A stretch of 64,000 nt of DNA from the IMG/VR virus record IMGVR_UViG_3300020213_000001; one strand, 5' to 3'. Positions 48,101 to 56,681 of this stretch are shown here, in pieces. The notes beneath the pieces were generated by a model. The model saw only the letters and a list, made by a program, of their open reading frames with translations. It was not told the origin of the DNA and did no database searches. Origin of the DNA: a virus. Within the stretch, counting starts at the first letter, position 1, and each line of letters opens with the position of its first letter. Position numbers and translations under genes: made by a program.

Positions 48101-48595
48101 ATCGGCAACGCCGTTAAGGGCACTGTAATCGCACTAGGTCTTGCTTCTGGCATGGACCAAGTACTTGACAGAAATCAGTATAAAGCGCCAGTTAGACAGC
48201 CTACCTCCGTAGTTTCTGAAAAAACAGAGCCGGAAAAGGCTTATGACAGTGCTAAGGTAGATGCAAACGAAATTATCAGCCGAAACGACAAAAAATGGTT
48301 TTTAGGTAAATTCGGTAAAGAACTAAGCACAGTCGTATATAAGCAGTCTATTAAATCAGACCCAGAATTGAATCAGAAATACGGGTACACAAACAATCTA
48401 AGTCCTAGTGCGTTTAAGGAACTTATAAATCATAACCCAGAAATCAGACAAGATGTATCTGGAAAACACTATGAGGGGCTTCACCAACAGTTCGGTGGGG
48501 ATCATGAAAAAATACTAGGTGCCTGGAGAAACGGCGTAAAGGCTACAAGGGTTAAGTTTAGCAACACCCAACCTATTGATATTAAAGAAAAATAG
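45116..48595 (+). CDS. multidomain (polyvalent) protein: ART - GNAT - ART - zincin-like - lysozyme-like
   Basis: Two HRG/SSW/EHE triads; HQSQGLG acetyl-CoA motif; HEGLH plus a downstream EE; C-terminal GGDHEKILGAWRNG. Confidence 0.7.
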   Translation: MSYKKTFKKLKKKESDLNKGSLQRKMPFDPKTDVSLEDHVKTEGWQWGGKDVNLEKYTYPRENTPRIDGSARKRAMRSLHGKTEVRKHPKTGERMFLLHRGHHSDEKTGSSEKSSWTPNRVVAEDFANQYRDLKGEEEIIEGTVSSAWIPEGQIHHIPKQFGASTDINSVNLYASQDNTPEQYKKILNSASNIKKQGSSNYKREHEVIVNPHSLMHAKAGESKTSLVDSRINERQRISENSHEEGSKRANLKNFNKQPLRPVEKSEIIDLIKTPIIADQDEGFETNVLSSALSDVEVNGKNPSNVKTYKLKKDGKYYHRISRGSQTYHVISLHPDPKKEYISVLDGHIVDHPEHGEVYTAAYTGTHKDHQSQGLGSRLKKLAAYHHGKIISDGAISGSEDGSWKKVSKDPNFKVSIAQTADQNSLEAESKEESDMFNKRHVIEHKSAGGKIAASEAMSNDLNKGSLQRKMPFDPRSVPEKERNSVETWTQTRDGRDEIPEISDKNALKRGIHKLHGKTEVRKHPKTGERMFLMHRGVEAFEHDDVKEKGAHDANSSWSPSYDIAHGFAKQHTSANHDRSRKPEVLSAWISENQIHHIPSSIGEKKSDSSIKNSKFKGEHEVIVKPHGLTFSSPIKRNMSNEVEDVSLDGRINERTPNTFVESKKNKLAASEKETNDLAKMSQPTITFPKLGTNSRPDSEVQVVETPRQKKIFARKSVISYFNDKGGGAKPTPTSTIDRESKRIENSLGKRYLGVSVGSKTAAVGGKAMSAFEKPSGDNLDKLKDHMEKRNKVVRDYNDSYLGWKEKEKELASQAGTSDGHAAWLKHRTSKPDRPKLPRKPSAKKLDNSEISPKELEYRGKRIEATKQHEGLHNTLHTIKKKYGKDAFATVISKMVSKLPENTLEALNSHIKDKGYKSGDYEEVLTHARDILTDPKTRDQFKLKNKDADSHIKNIKQAHKNMYQYAKNLTPKDIGHSEQSNEDLKIAAKTDMNKGEIGNAVKGTVIALGLASGMDQVLDRNQYKAPVRQPTSVVSEKTEPEKAYDSAKVDANEIISRNDKKWFLGKFGKELSTVVYKQSIKSDPELNQKYGYTNNLSPSAFKELINHNPEIRQDVSGKHYEGLHQQFGGDHEKILGAWRNGVKATRVKFSNTQPIDIKEK
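45161..46711 (+). repeat. intragenic direct repeats: 45161-45201/46493-46533 (41 bp, 1 mismatch) and 45350-45406/46655-46711 (57 bp, identical)
   Basis: Directly visible; they mark the two ART modules. Confidence 0.9.
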
Positions 48596-48626
48596 ACATA
48601 ACTCCCGTTCTGTGGTAATATAGAAC

Positions 48627-49211
48627 ATGGGAGATGTTATGAAAACAGTTATTATTCTTATTGGCCTTATCCCTAACCTGTGTTGGTCAATAGACTGTAA
48701 TGAGAAGCCTATCGTTTGTCAGATTATGAAAAATGGACAAACAGTGGGTGGTAAGTATACAATCAAAAAAGAAAAAGCAGAACAACTAGCTAAAATCATT
48801 AAGAAAGTTAGCAAAAAGCACAATATTCCTGCTAATCTGTTTGCTGCAATTCTAGCCCAAGAAAGCCTATACAACGTAGCCGCCAAGAATTGTCAAAAAG
48901 GCTTTGTAACCCCATATAGGGCTCCTGCCGGTGTAAGCACAATCTCTAGCGATATAGAAGTAAGGGTTTGCAGTGATTTTGGAATCAGCCAGATTCACTA
49001 TAAAACAGTAGAGCTTTATAAGTTTGACATAAATCGTCTCTTGTCAGATGTAGAATACTCAGTTGAGGCAGGAGCGATTGTTCTTAGCTGGTTTATTAAG
49101 ACGTACAAACACGAAGAGGACGCCTTTACCCGTTATAATTGCGGACTTAAGGGTAACACAGATAGAAAAACCTGTCAGGAATATAAAAAGCTAGTAGAGC
49201 GTTTCATGTGA
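48627..49211 (+). CDS. lytic transglycosylase (SLT) with signal peptide
   Basis: AILAQES (catalytic Glu), DFGISQI, RYN; alternative start 48639. Confidence 0.85.
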   Translation: MGDVMKTVIILIGLIPNLCWSIDCNEKPIVCQIMKNGQTVGGKYTIKKEKAEQLAKIIKKVSKKHNIPANLFAAILAQESLYNVAAKNCQKGFVTPYRAPAGVSTISSDIEVRVCSDFGISQIHYKTVELYKFDINRLLSDVEYSVEAGAIVLSWFIKTYKHEEDAFTRYNCGLKGNTDRKTCQEYKKLVERFM

Positions 49212-49537
49212 GGAATATGTCTAAAACAAAAAAAATGAATTGGGAAGAACTCACTCAGACCATTATAAACCTTGAAATTAAAAAATCTAACACAAAGCAC
49301 CGCCTAAAAAAGAAAGACCTTAATAGTTTCAATAAGTTAATCGCATCCTGTGAAAAAAACAAAAAAAAATTAATGAAAGACAGTGAGGGAAGGGGCCGCC
49401 TTTTGAACAACCTAAAATACGGTGTAGAGTACGCTGCAAGTTGGGTAGATAGCATTGATGATTCGGTAGAGCCTGAAGACGATATATTAAAAGAAATTTC
49501 AAGCTGGCTAGACAGTACAAGTGATTGGAATGACTAG
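49208..49537 (+). CDS. hypothetical protein
   Basis: In-operon ORF; start may be MSKTKK. Confidence 0.65.
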   Translation: MRNMSKTKKMNWEELTQTIINLEIKKSNTKHRLKKKDLNSFNKLIASCEKNKKKLMKDSEGRGRLLNNLKYGVEYAASWVDSIDDSVEPEDDILKEISSWLDSTSDWND

Positions 49538-49591
49538 ATAATCATTGCAAAAACACCTTTAAAATAGCAATCTTTTAGCTACGAGGTGTGT

Positions 49592-50122
49592 ATGGTTATT
49601 CAAGAAAGTGAAATCAAAGAAATCAAAACAATAGGTACCCTAAACGGTCAAGACGTAAAGGTAATTATCACTAAGGGTGGTTTCTGTGCTGGATTGGGCC
49701 TTAAAAGACCTAACTCACAGCCAGAGGCATTGGCTGCTGCAGCTCATCCAGGAATCGTAAAATATCAAATTGAAAAAGCTTATGGGAGCGCCTTTAAGGC
49801 TGCTCTTTGTAAGTCCGAGTCGCAACAGTCCTACGATGTTGAAGACAAAACACACACACTACCCGAAATGGTCAAGAAAGCTGGATTTGAACTTTATGTT
49901 TTGAGCAAATCCAATGAAGTAGACTTCATTATCAGCAAAAATGGAATAAGCATTGCTAAATATGAAACCTATCTAGCCGATAATCAACTGGTTATCAGTA
50001 AATACGAATTTAAAGATTTCATATCTCCCAATCGTTTTGTTTCAGATGTACTAGGAAAAACCATTGCAGATAAGGCTAAACAGCTAGGTGCAACGAGCAT
50101 TACCAATGACCAATCTAGTTGA
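49592..50122 (+). CDS. hypothetical (late) protein
   Basis: GAGG RBS and late motif; contains ALCKSE. Confidence 0.7.
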   Translation: MVIQESEIKEIKTIGTLNGQDVKVIITKGGFCAGLGLKRPNSQPEALAAAAHPGIVKYQIEKAYGSAFKAALCKSESQQSYDVEDKTHTLPEMVKKAGFELYVLSKSNEVDFIISKNGISIAKYETYLADNQLVISKYEFKDFISPNRFVSDVLGKTIADKAKQLGATSITNDQSS

Positions 50123-50306
50123 GATTACAAAAATAATCAATAAAAAGAAAGAAGATGATTTCATAAGGAAATTAGATCTTCAAGCATCTTATGTTGCCCT
50201 TGAAATGTGTCTAAAAACTATTGAAATCAATAGCTTACCAGAGTTGAAAAGTATTAAAGAGTCAATTAAGAAAACCATGAAATTATTGGCTAGTAAGGAA
50301 AGATGA
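50106..50306 (+). CDS. hypothetical protein
   Basis: Short ORF linking its neighbours. Confidence 0.5.
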   Translation: MTNLVEITKIINKKKEDDFIRKLDLQASYVALEMCLKTIEINSLPELKSIKESIKKTMKLLASKER

Positions 50307-51220
50307 GTAACGTACCTGCCAAGGGCAATCAACTAATAACACTTCCCGTGTCTCCATTTGAATTGGAGCAGATTAGCTTTAACACCGAAAAGATGAATCA
50401 ACTCATTACGTCTCACGGTGTTACGTTTCAACACTATAGGGCTATCCCATCTCCAATTGGTCTAAAGGACCGTGGCGATTACAGACGCAGCGAAACCCTA
50501 GACACTATATCAGAAAACGGCTTTATTTATAAAAAGTGTGGTATTTTCAATGGAGTGATGCTCTCCAACAACAAAAGCAAGCCAGATATTGAGGGTGGAA
50601 CTTTCGACGCTTCTCACGCTAGAGTTACCCTGCCCATGTACTACAGAGAGGACTCTCCAGAACACGCTAATGAGAGAATTCACCTAGCTCCAGGCGATAG
50701 ACTCTTTTTCGCCGAAGTAGCCCAGGAAGAGCAGGACGTGGTTAACTATCAAAAGGTTAACTACAACTCATTTGGAGACGATTTCCTTCAGTTTCCAGCT
50801 ACTTGCGTTGAATTTATAATAGACTCCCTAGGGCGTGAATATAAGTACGGATTTGATTTTACGACATCTAAGGACGGAAATATACGCTGGATTGACGGGG
50901 CTAAAAATCCAGGGATAGATCCTGACACCGGCAAGGGCCGTGTTTATGGGATTAGATACAGATATGCCGCTTATTACTACATAACGTCAATTGTAAATGA
51001 AGTCAGGATAGGGAAGACCACAGAGGGTGGAATAAGAAAAGACACACGTTTTCCATACCAGATTACTATTCAGAGGGAATACTGTTTCCATAATAGGGTT
51101 AACGGAGACTCTGTAAGTTCCAGTAAAGAGACAAAAACAGAGAGAACTGTAGCCAAACCAGAAGAGAACATTGACCCTGTCAGGAACGTAATAAAAGTGA
51201 ACGTAAGCAGTTTCGAATAA
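50303..51220 (+). CDS. head closure/neck protein
   Basis: HGV.F.HYRA.P.P, NGFIY, GDR, YGIRY pattern; position in the neck region. Confidence 0.6.
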   Translation: MSNVPAKGNQLITLPVSPFELEQISFNTEKMNQLITSHGVTFQHYRAIPSPIGLKDRGDYRRSETLDTISENGFIYKKCGIFNGVMLSNNKSKPDIEGGTFDASHARVTLPMYYREDSPEHANERIHLAPGDRLFFAEVAQEEQDVVNYQKVNYNSFGDDFLQFPATCVEFIIDSLGREYKYGFDFTTSKDGNIRWIDGAKNPGIDPDTGKGRVYGIRYRYAAYYYITSIVNEVRIGKTTEGGIRKDTRFPYQITIQREYCFHNRVNGDSVSSSKETKTERTVAKPEENIDPVRNVIKVNVSSFE

Positions 51221-51249
51221 ACGCAATCTTTTAGTAAATTGGAGTATAT

Positions 51250-51729
51250 ATGAGCACTAAAGCCGCTAAAAATGTAATGATGAGGAACACTTCCTATAAT
51301 TGGGTATCGGACGATATCCAGAATCTTATTTTCAATCACGCAGTAGGTGCTCAAAAAAATATTTCAGTTGAACCTGTAATTAAGAGTACTTACACAGCTA
51401 GCGATATCGTTCCATTCGGATCTTTGGTAAAACTGAACGCCGCCGCTACTTCCTATAACATGCTATGTCTTGGGCGCGCTTTTTCTGGCGCATCTTCTTA
51501 TAGGATTGGAAACATAGTAACACAGGGTGGAAACATCTACATTGCCAACGTTGATATCCAAATCGGTCACGCTTTTACGGCTACCGAGTGGATTTTGGTT
51601 GCATCGGCGACTATTTCAGGAATTCCGGTTACTGGCGGCTCTACAGTTTGTGTTGGTAAATATCACAACGCAGTGAGTGAGGCAGGGTTTCTAGTTGAAG
51701 ACGACAGCACCTTTGGACAGCGCAGATAA
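51250..51729 (+). CDS. structural protein with CBM5/12-like carbohydrate-binding motif
   Basis: FSGASSYRIGNIVTQGGNIYIA...W. Confidence 0.55.
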   Translation: MSTKAAKNVMMRNTSYNWVSDDIQNLIFNHAVGAQKNISVEPVIKSTYTASDIVPFGSLVKLNAAATSYNMLCLGRAFSGASSYRIGNIVTQGGNIYIANVDIQIGHAFTATEWILVASATISGIPVTGGSTVCVGKYHNAVSEAGFLVEDDSTFGQRR

Positions 51730-52685
51730 TGAATAAAATTCTTTGCGTTGAAGTGGTCAAAAAACTACTTGGCGATGACTTTTTCACTGAGTTTAAAAAA
51801 TCCGAACTAGGAAGTTTGGGTATTTATAAAGAGTCCAGTAAGACTTCATTAGATCCAGAAGAGATTAAAATTGCACTACAGATTGTGCCTAAGACCATTC
51901 TAAGCTGGCTAATACACAATCTAAGGCCATTGCCAGAAAGAGGTATAGCGAAGCTAGTCCTTCCGTTTGTTAACGCCACATTGAGCCTTAACAAGATATC
52001 AAACGATGTTTATAGCGGTGAAGTGATTAAAGACGGTATAATTTTAAATAAATTTAAATACAGGTCACTACCAGGTATCGGTTTAATTTTAATGAGTACC
52101 TTTGAGCTTTACGATATCCAAACCATCGAACCAGCTCCCAAAGAGCACTCTGCGTCTTTGCAGGATATGATTGACGAAAGGATTAAGCTAAACTCACTAA
52201 TCCAAAGCGTTGTTGATAAAAAACTAAGTGAGAGAGATGCTATTCAGCAAATTATAAACGACCGTTTAAACGACCACTTCAGCCAGCAAGAACATTCTGA
52301 AGACGAAAAACAAGAAGACGGCGAAGAAGACGGCGAAGAAGACGGAGAAGAGCCAGAAGTAGACGACTTAGAGGTTGTCAGTGATTCTGGTGATGATATT
52401 ATGAATTCAGACAAAAAAAGTAAACTAAAAACATTCCTTGAAGGGCGTGAAAAAAAACGTAAAGAAAAGGTTGATTTAGGTAAGTCTATTGACTGTATTG
52501 ATTGTGGCACTAAGTTGTATAAGGGGTTGCAATCAATAAACCTGTGTATCTGTTATGGTGATTTCTTTAATAAAAACATCAAAATCAAGAAAACAGAAGA
52601 CGGGTCTATAAAGCTAAAGTTTCCAAAGGATTTTAGTAACGATAATGTAGACATGTTGCTAAACACTATAAAAAATAATAAGTAA
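51729..52685 (+). CDS. hypothetical protein with acidic linker and C-terminal Cys motifs
   Basis: EDGE repeats; CIDC...CICY. Confidence 0.7.
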   Translation: MNKILCVEVVKKLLGDDFFTEFKKSELGSLGIYKESSKTSLDPEEIKIALQIVPKTILSWLIHNLRPLPERGIAKLVLPFVNATLSLNKISNDVYSGEVIKDGIILNKFKYRSLPGIGLILMSTFELYDIQTIEPAPKEHSASLQDMIDERIKLNSLIQSVVDKKLSERDAIQQIINDRLNDHFSQQEHSEDEKQEDGEEDGEEDGEEPEVDDLEVVSDSGDDIMNSDKKSKLKTFLEGREKKRKEKVDLGKSIDCIDCGTKLYKGLQSINLCICYGDFFNKNIKIKKTEDGSIKLKFPKDFSNDNVDMLLNTIKNNK

Positions 52686-52696
52686 CTGGAGTATAT

Positions 52697-54319
52697 ATGG
52701 GTTTTGTTTATTTAAATTTGAACGGCGACGAAATTGGCGAAAACATTGGCAATGCAGTAGCCTCTAATGATGAAGAAGGCCTTGGCCAAATGAGCAACAC
52801 TCTTAAAGATGCCCACCGGGCTTTTGAAGAGTGGATAGAATCTGTAGGAGGAATGGTTATCGTTTCCAGCGGTGACGAGTCACTTTGTAAGATTCCTGCA
52901 GAAGCCTATAATGAAGAAACTATTGAAGGTCTTCGTCAACAATACGAGCAAATGACAGGACACACAGCTACCGTTGGCGTTGGCAATAGCATGTCTGAGG
53001 CAGCCAAAGCCCTTATCTACGGTAAAATGAACGAAAAGAATCAGGTTGTTCAATACGATCCTATGATTGAGGATTATATCAATTCAGACGAGGAAGCTTC
53101 TGAACAAGTAGAGGATATCGTTTCCGCTGAAGGACAGGCCGGAGGACAGGCTGAAGGACAGGCTGAAGGACAGGCCGGAGGCTATCCCGTTGATGAAGAG
53201 TTTCAAAACAACAATATTGCTCAAAATTCACCAGACGAGTCAACACAGAGTCAAATGCCAGATGAAAGTCTAATGGATGAAGGGCAGATGTCAGAAGAAG
53301 ACGCATCTGTAAGCCCTGAAGATAAGCTAAAACAATTTGTAGCTGCCGATGTTGATGGCGACGGAGATATCGACGACGTTGCTGAAGTTAGTGATCAAGA
53401 CGGAGATGGCGATATCGATCAAGAAGACGCCTCATCTTTGGTTAGCGATATGATTCACGCCAACATGGGTGGAGATGAAGATCAGGAAATGGAAGGTCAG
53501 GAAATGGAAGGCCAGGAGATGGGCGAAGAGGAACTGGACGAAGAGGAAATTTCTCAAGCAATTCAAGAATTAAGTCAGGAAGATTTGGCTGAAGGTCATA
53601 GCTTTGAAGATGAAGAGCAGTCTGAAGAAGGCATGGACGATCAGCTAAAACAAGATATCATGAACTCTCTTTCTGCCTTTAAAGATAATCAACAGATGCT
53701 AGAGCAGGCTAAGGAGCAAAACCCAAGTCTTTATAGTGCTACCATTACGATGCTTCGCGCTATGATTGAAATGGCAAAGCGCCTTAGTGTAAACCCTGCA
53801 CCTGAACTTGAAGAAGGCATGGAAGAAGATTTGGATCAAATGGGAGATGAAGGGCAGATGCCTGAGCAGGAAATGTCCGGCGAAGAAGAAATGCTTATGG
53901 AAGACGAAGATTCTGCTTATGACAAACCCTTCTCAGGTGAGGAAGGCACGGAAGAAAGCACGGAAGAAGGCATGGAAGAAGAGTCTGAAGAGCCCACTGA
54001 AGAGATGGAAGAAGAAAGCGAAGAACCTAAGAAAGAAAATAAAAAGCCAGCCTTCATGAAAAATGAAGAAATGAATAAGCAAGAGAAGGGTGTAAATACA
54101 AATCTTGTATCGCAAGACGCTATGAAAAATAAGGGAGAGTCTGACGCTGGTAGAAACGTCAGAAGAGCAGCAAAATTCAAAAAAATCGGTCTACATGATG
54201 TAGCTAAAGAACAAAAAAATGCAGCAAAAAGATTTGGTAAGTGGGCCTTAGATGATTTAAAATCTCAAAAAAAGCCAAACCTTCCTAAGAGTGAGGAAGC
54301 GTCTTCCTCAAAAAAGTAA
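52697..54319 (+). CDS. mCpol-like (GGDEF-related palm) domain fused to an acidic region with EF-hand-like loops
   Basis: YLNLNGDEIG, GGMVIVSSGDE, TATVGVGNSMSEA.KALIYGK; DVDGDGDIDD and DQDGDGDIDQED. Confidence 0.7.
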   Translation: MGFVYLNLNGDEIGENIGNAVASNDEEGLGQMSNTLKDAHRAFEEWIESVGGMVIVSSGDESLCKIPAEAYNEETIEGLRQQYEQMTGHTATVGVGNSMSEAAKALIYGKMNEKNQVVQYDPMIEDYINSDEEASEQVEDIVSAEGQAGGQAEGQAEGQAGGYPVDEEFQNNNIAQNSPDESTQSQMPDESLMDEGQMSEEDASVSPEDKLKQFVAADVDGDGDIDDVAEVSDQDGDGDIDQEDASSLVSDMIHANMGGDEDQEMEGQEMEGQEMGEEELDEEEISQAIQELSQEDLAEGHSFEDEEQSEEGMDDQLKQDIMNSLSAFKDNQQMLEQAKEQNPSLYSATITMLRAMIEMAKRLSVNPAPELEEGMEEDLDQMGDEGQMPEQEMSGEEEMLMEDEDSAYDKPFSGEEGTEESTEEGMEEESEEPTEEMEEESEEPKKENKKPAFMKNEEMNKQEKGVNTNLVSQDAMKNKGESDAGRNVRRAAKFKKIGLHDVAKEQKNAAKRFGKWALDDLKSQKKPNLPKSEEASSSKK

Positions 54320-54333
54320 TTAGGCAAGACTCT

Positions 54334-54654
54334 TTGGCTAAGAGTATTTTGCCTAATGTTACTTTGCCTAAGATTTATTTGCCTAAGATTGCTACCAAGC
54401 GAATCATCAAAAAGCCAGTCCCCATTGGGGCTACTAAAAACGGTAAGACTAAGGTTATTAGCCTTGGCGGTAGAAGCAGTTGGCGTCAAACCTCTAAGGG
54501 TATCACTGGTATGGACGAAAGGAATATGCCGACGACTAAAAAACCAGACATGTCTAATGTAAAGGCTAAACCTACACACAGAGTCCATAACGCGGCAGGT
54601 GCTAAATCAGGATCTACAGACACTGGCGATCACCACACCAAACCGGCGGGGTAA
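54334..54654 (+). CDS. small basic protein
   Basis: TTG start; fills the gap and ends with TAATG coupling to the next gene. Confidence 0.55.
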   Translation: MAKSILPNVTLPKIYLPKIATKRIIKKPVPIGATKNGKTKVISLGGRSSWRQTSKGITGMDERNMPTTKKPDMSNVKAKPTHRVHNAAGAKSGSTDTGDHHTKPAG

Positions 54655-55418
54655 TGGCAAATTTAAAGTTTGAAATTGACGTTTCTTCGATAACCAGTCA
54701 GTTCCTTGAGTTAAAAAAAGAAGTAGAAACAACCGTTAAAGAGGCTGCCGGTGGACTAGCCGCATCTACACATGCTAAATTGCTTGAATTGGCATCTACT
54801 GAGCTTGGATCACTATCAACTAAATATAAAGATTCAATTACATTCGAACAGCTTGAAGAGGGTCTTTGGATCGTAAATCTAGACGCAAAAGCTGTTTGGA
54901 TAGAAGATGGAAGAAAATCAGGTTTCCAGGAAGAGCTTCTTAGTGGCAAATCCTCCAAAAGGAACAAAAAAGGAGAGCGTTATGCCGTTATTCCTTTTGA
55001 ACATTCTAAACCTCCATCTCAACAAAGTACTTCTGCCAAAGCCTTAACAGACCAGATTAGGGACTATTTAAAGAAAAATAACATAAACTACAAAAAGATT
55101 GAAAATAATGCCGATGGGAGCCCAAAGCTTGGGCTGGTTAAAAGGTTCAATGTTGAATCAGCAAAGCTAAAGCCTAATCATAAAGACAGTCCATTGCAAG
55201 GTGTTAGTATTTATCAGAGAATTGATAAGAAAACAGGCAAAGTACAGAGAGATACCCTAACCTTTAGGATAATTAGCGAATCAATGCGCGGAACAGGTAA
55301 GTGGGAACATCCGGGAATGCAGGGCGCTCACCTAATGATCAAGACCTTAGCCTGGGCCGAGTACGAGTGGGAAACAAAAATTCTTCCAGCTATTATGGAA
55401 AAGTTTAACGGTAAATAA
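54654..55418 (+). CDS. neck/tail-completion-type protein
   Basis: A.WIEDG, RYAVIPFEH, TFRIIS, W.HPG. Confidence 0.65.
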   Translation: MANLKFEIDVSSITSQFLELKKEVETTVKEAAGGLAASTHAKLLELASTELGSLSTKYKDSITFEQLEEGLWIVNLDAKAVWIEDGRKSGFQEELLSGKSSKRNKKGERYAVIPFEHSKPPSQQSTSAKALTDQIRDYLKKNNINYKKIENNADGSPKLGLVKRFNVESAKLKPNHKDSPLQGVSIYQRIDKKTGKVQRDTLTFRIISESMRGTGKWEHPGMQGAHLMIKTLAWAEYEWETKILPAIMEKFNGK

Positions 55419-55421
55419 TAT

Positions 55422-56408
55422 ATGATAAGCACTACTGAAACATTAATCAAAGAAATCATAGACTTAGCTGTTAATGATCTCAAAAACAATCTTTGGCTAG
55501 TCGAGGATATTCTATCTGATTTTATTGAAAACCCTATCCTTTCACGTAAATTCGGCATGAAGGAAATTGACAGGTGTAAGGAGTGGCTAACAAACAACAA
55601 AATTCACTATTTTCAAAAACTTAGACAAGATTCTGAGCAATTTCCATGTGTTACAATCTCCATGGGAGAAAGTTTTGAGGATAAGTCGTTAACTACGCTC
55701 GGAGATGCTACGATTGATGTAATTGAATTAGACCCCTCTAGCATATCAAAACCCATTGCATACATTGTAAAGCCTTTTCAGGTTGTCAGTTATAATCAAG
55801 CAACCGGCATAGTTAAAATACCAAACAACACTGACGGGGCTAAGTATATTTCAGAAGGCCAAATTGCAGTAGACCCAGAAACAGGTAACGGGTATGTCAT
55901 TCTAGAGAAAAAAAGCAGCACTACATTTAAAATAGAGCCAGGAACAGAGCTGGATGTTGATAGTTTGGCTATTATCCCTAAATATCAAATGTACAGGGCC
56001 CGCAGAGAGGGAATTATAACCCAGGAAACCTTCAATATTGGATGCCATGTCCATGGTGATCCATCCACACTGCTATTCCTTTTTGCTATTGTTAAATATG
56101 CCCTATTGCGCTATAGAGAGGGCTTGCTAGAGTACAACAATTTCCAGCTAAGCTCCTTAAGATTTTCAGACATGATCAAAAACGATGCTTTTGGTGCAGA
56201 CAACGTCTATTCACGTTTTGTTGTGTTGTCCGGTCAAGTAGAGGAAAGTTGGCTAAAAACCCCATATAGAGTCGTGGAAGCTATTGATTTTACTTGCAGG
56301 GAGGCCCTAGACGGTAGCATAGGGTTAAATATCCTCTCTAATCTTGATACTAGTGAAGATACGGACGAAGCAGACAACGGCGTTTGGCGAACTAAGAAAG
56401 ACAATTAA
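55422..56408 (+). CDS. tail terminator/completion protein
   Basis: FPCVTISMGE..E, FNIGCH, YSRFV; upstream of the sheath. Confidence 0.6.
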   Translation: MISTTETLIKEIIDLAVNDLKNNLWLVEDILSDFIENPILSRKFGMKEIDRCKEWLTNNKIHYFQKLRQDSEQFPCVTISMGESFEDKSLTTLGDATIDVIELDPSSISKPIAYIVKPFQVVSYNQATGIVKIPNNTDGAKYISEGQIAVDPETGNGYVILEKKSSTTFKIEPGTELDVDSLAIIPKYQMYRARREGIITQETFNIGCHVHGDPSTLLFLFAIVKYALLRYREGLLEYNNFQLSSLRFSDMIKNDAFGADNVYSRFVVLSGQVEESWLKTPYRVVEAIDFTCREALDGSIGLNILSNLDTSEDTDEADNGVWRTKKDN

Positions 56409-56423
56409 AACAATCTTATACCT

Positions 56424-56648
56424 ATGAAATATAAAGAACAAGAATTAAAAATAATAGCCAAAAGCCTGTATAAGTCGGTTAAGAAACGTCTAAGTGATGA
56501 AAAACACATAATTAATGACTTCATGGATGCCGACTACATAGCAGAAGAAAAGCACAGGGTTAAGCCTTCCAAGACAAAGAATTTATGGAAAGAAGAGAAG
56601 GGAACCAAGAAGCTAAAGAAATTTATAGAAAAAACAAGAAAAACTTAA
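56424..56648 (+). CDS. small basic protein
   Basis: Follows a late motif. Confidence 0.55.
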   Translation: MKYKEQELKIIAKSLYKSVKKRLSDEKHIINDFMDADYIAEEKHRVKPSKTKNLWKEEKGTKKLKKFIEKTRKT

Positions 56649-56681
56649 TCTTTACACTATTGAAACTTATGAGGAAATGCT

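Noticed and set aside
52697-54319. Cas10/type III CRISPR locus or diguanylate cyclase
   Set aside because: Only a single small palm-like domain; no HD domain, cas genes, array or intact GGDEF motif
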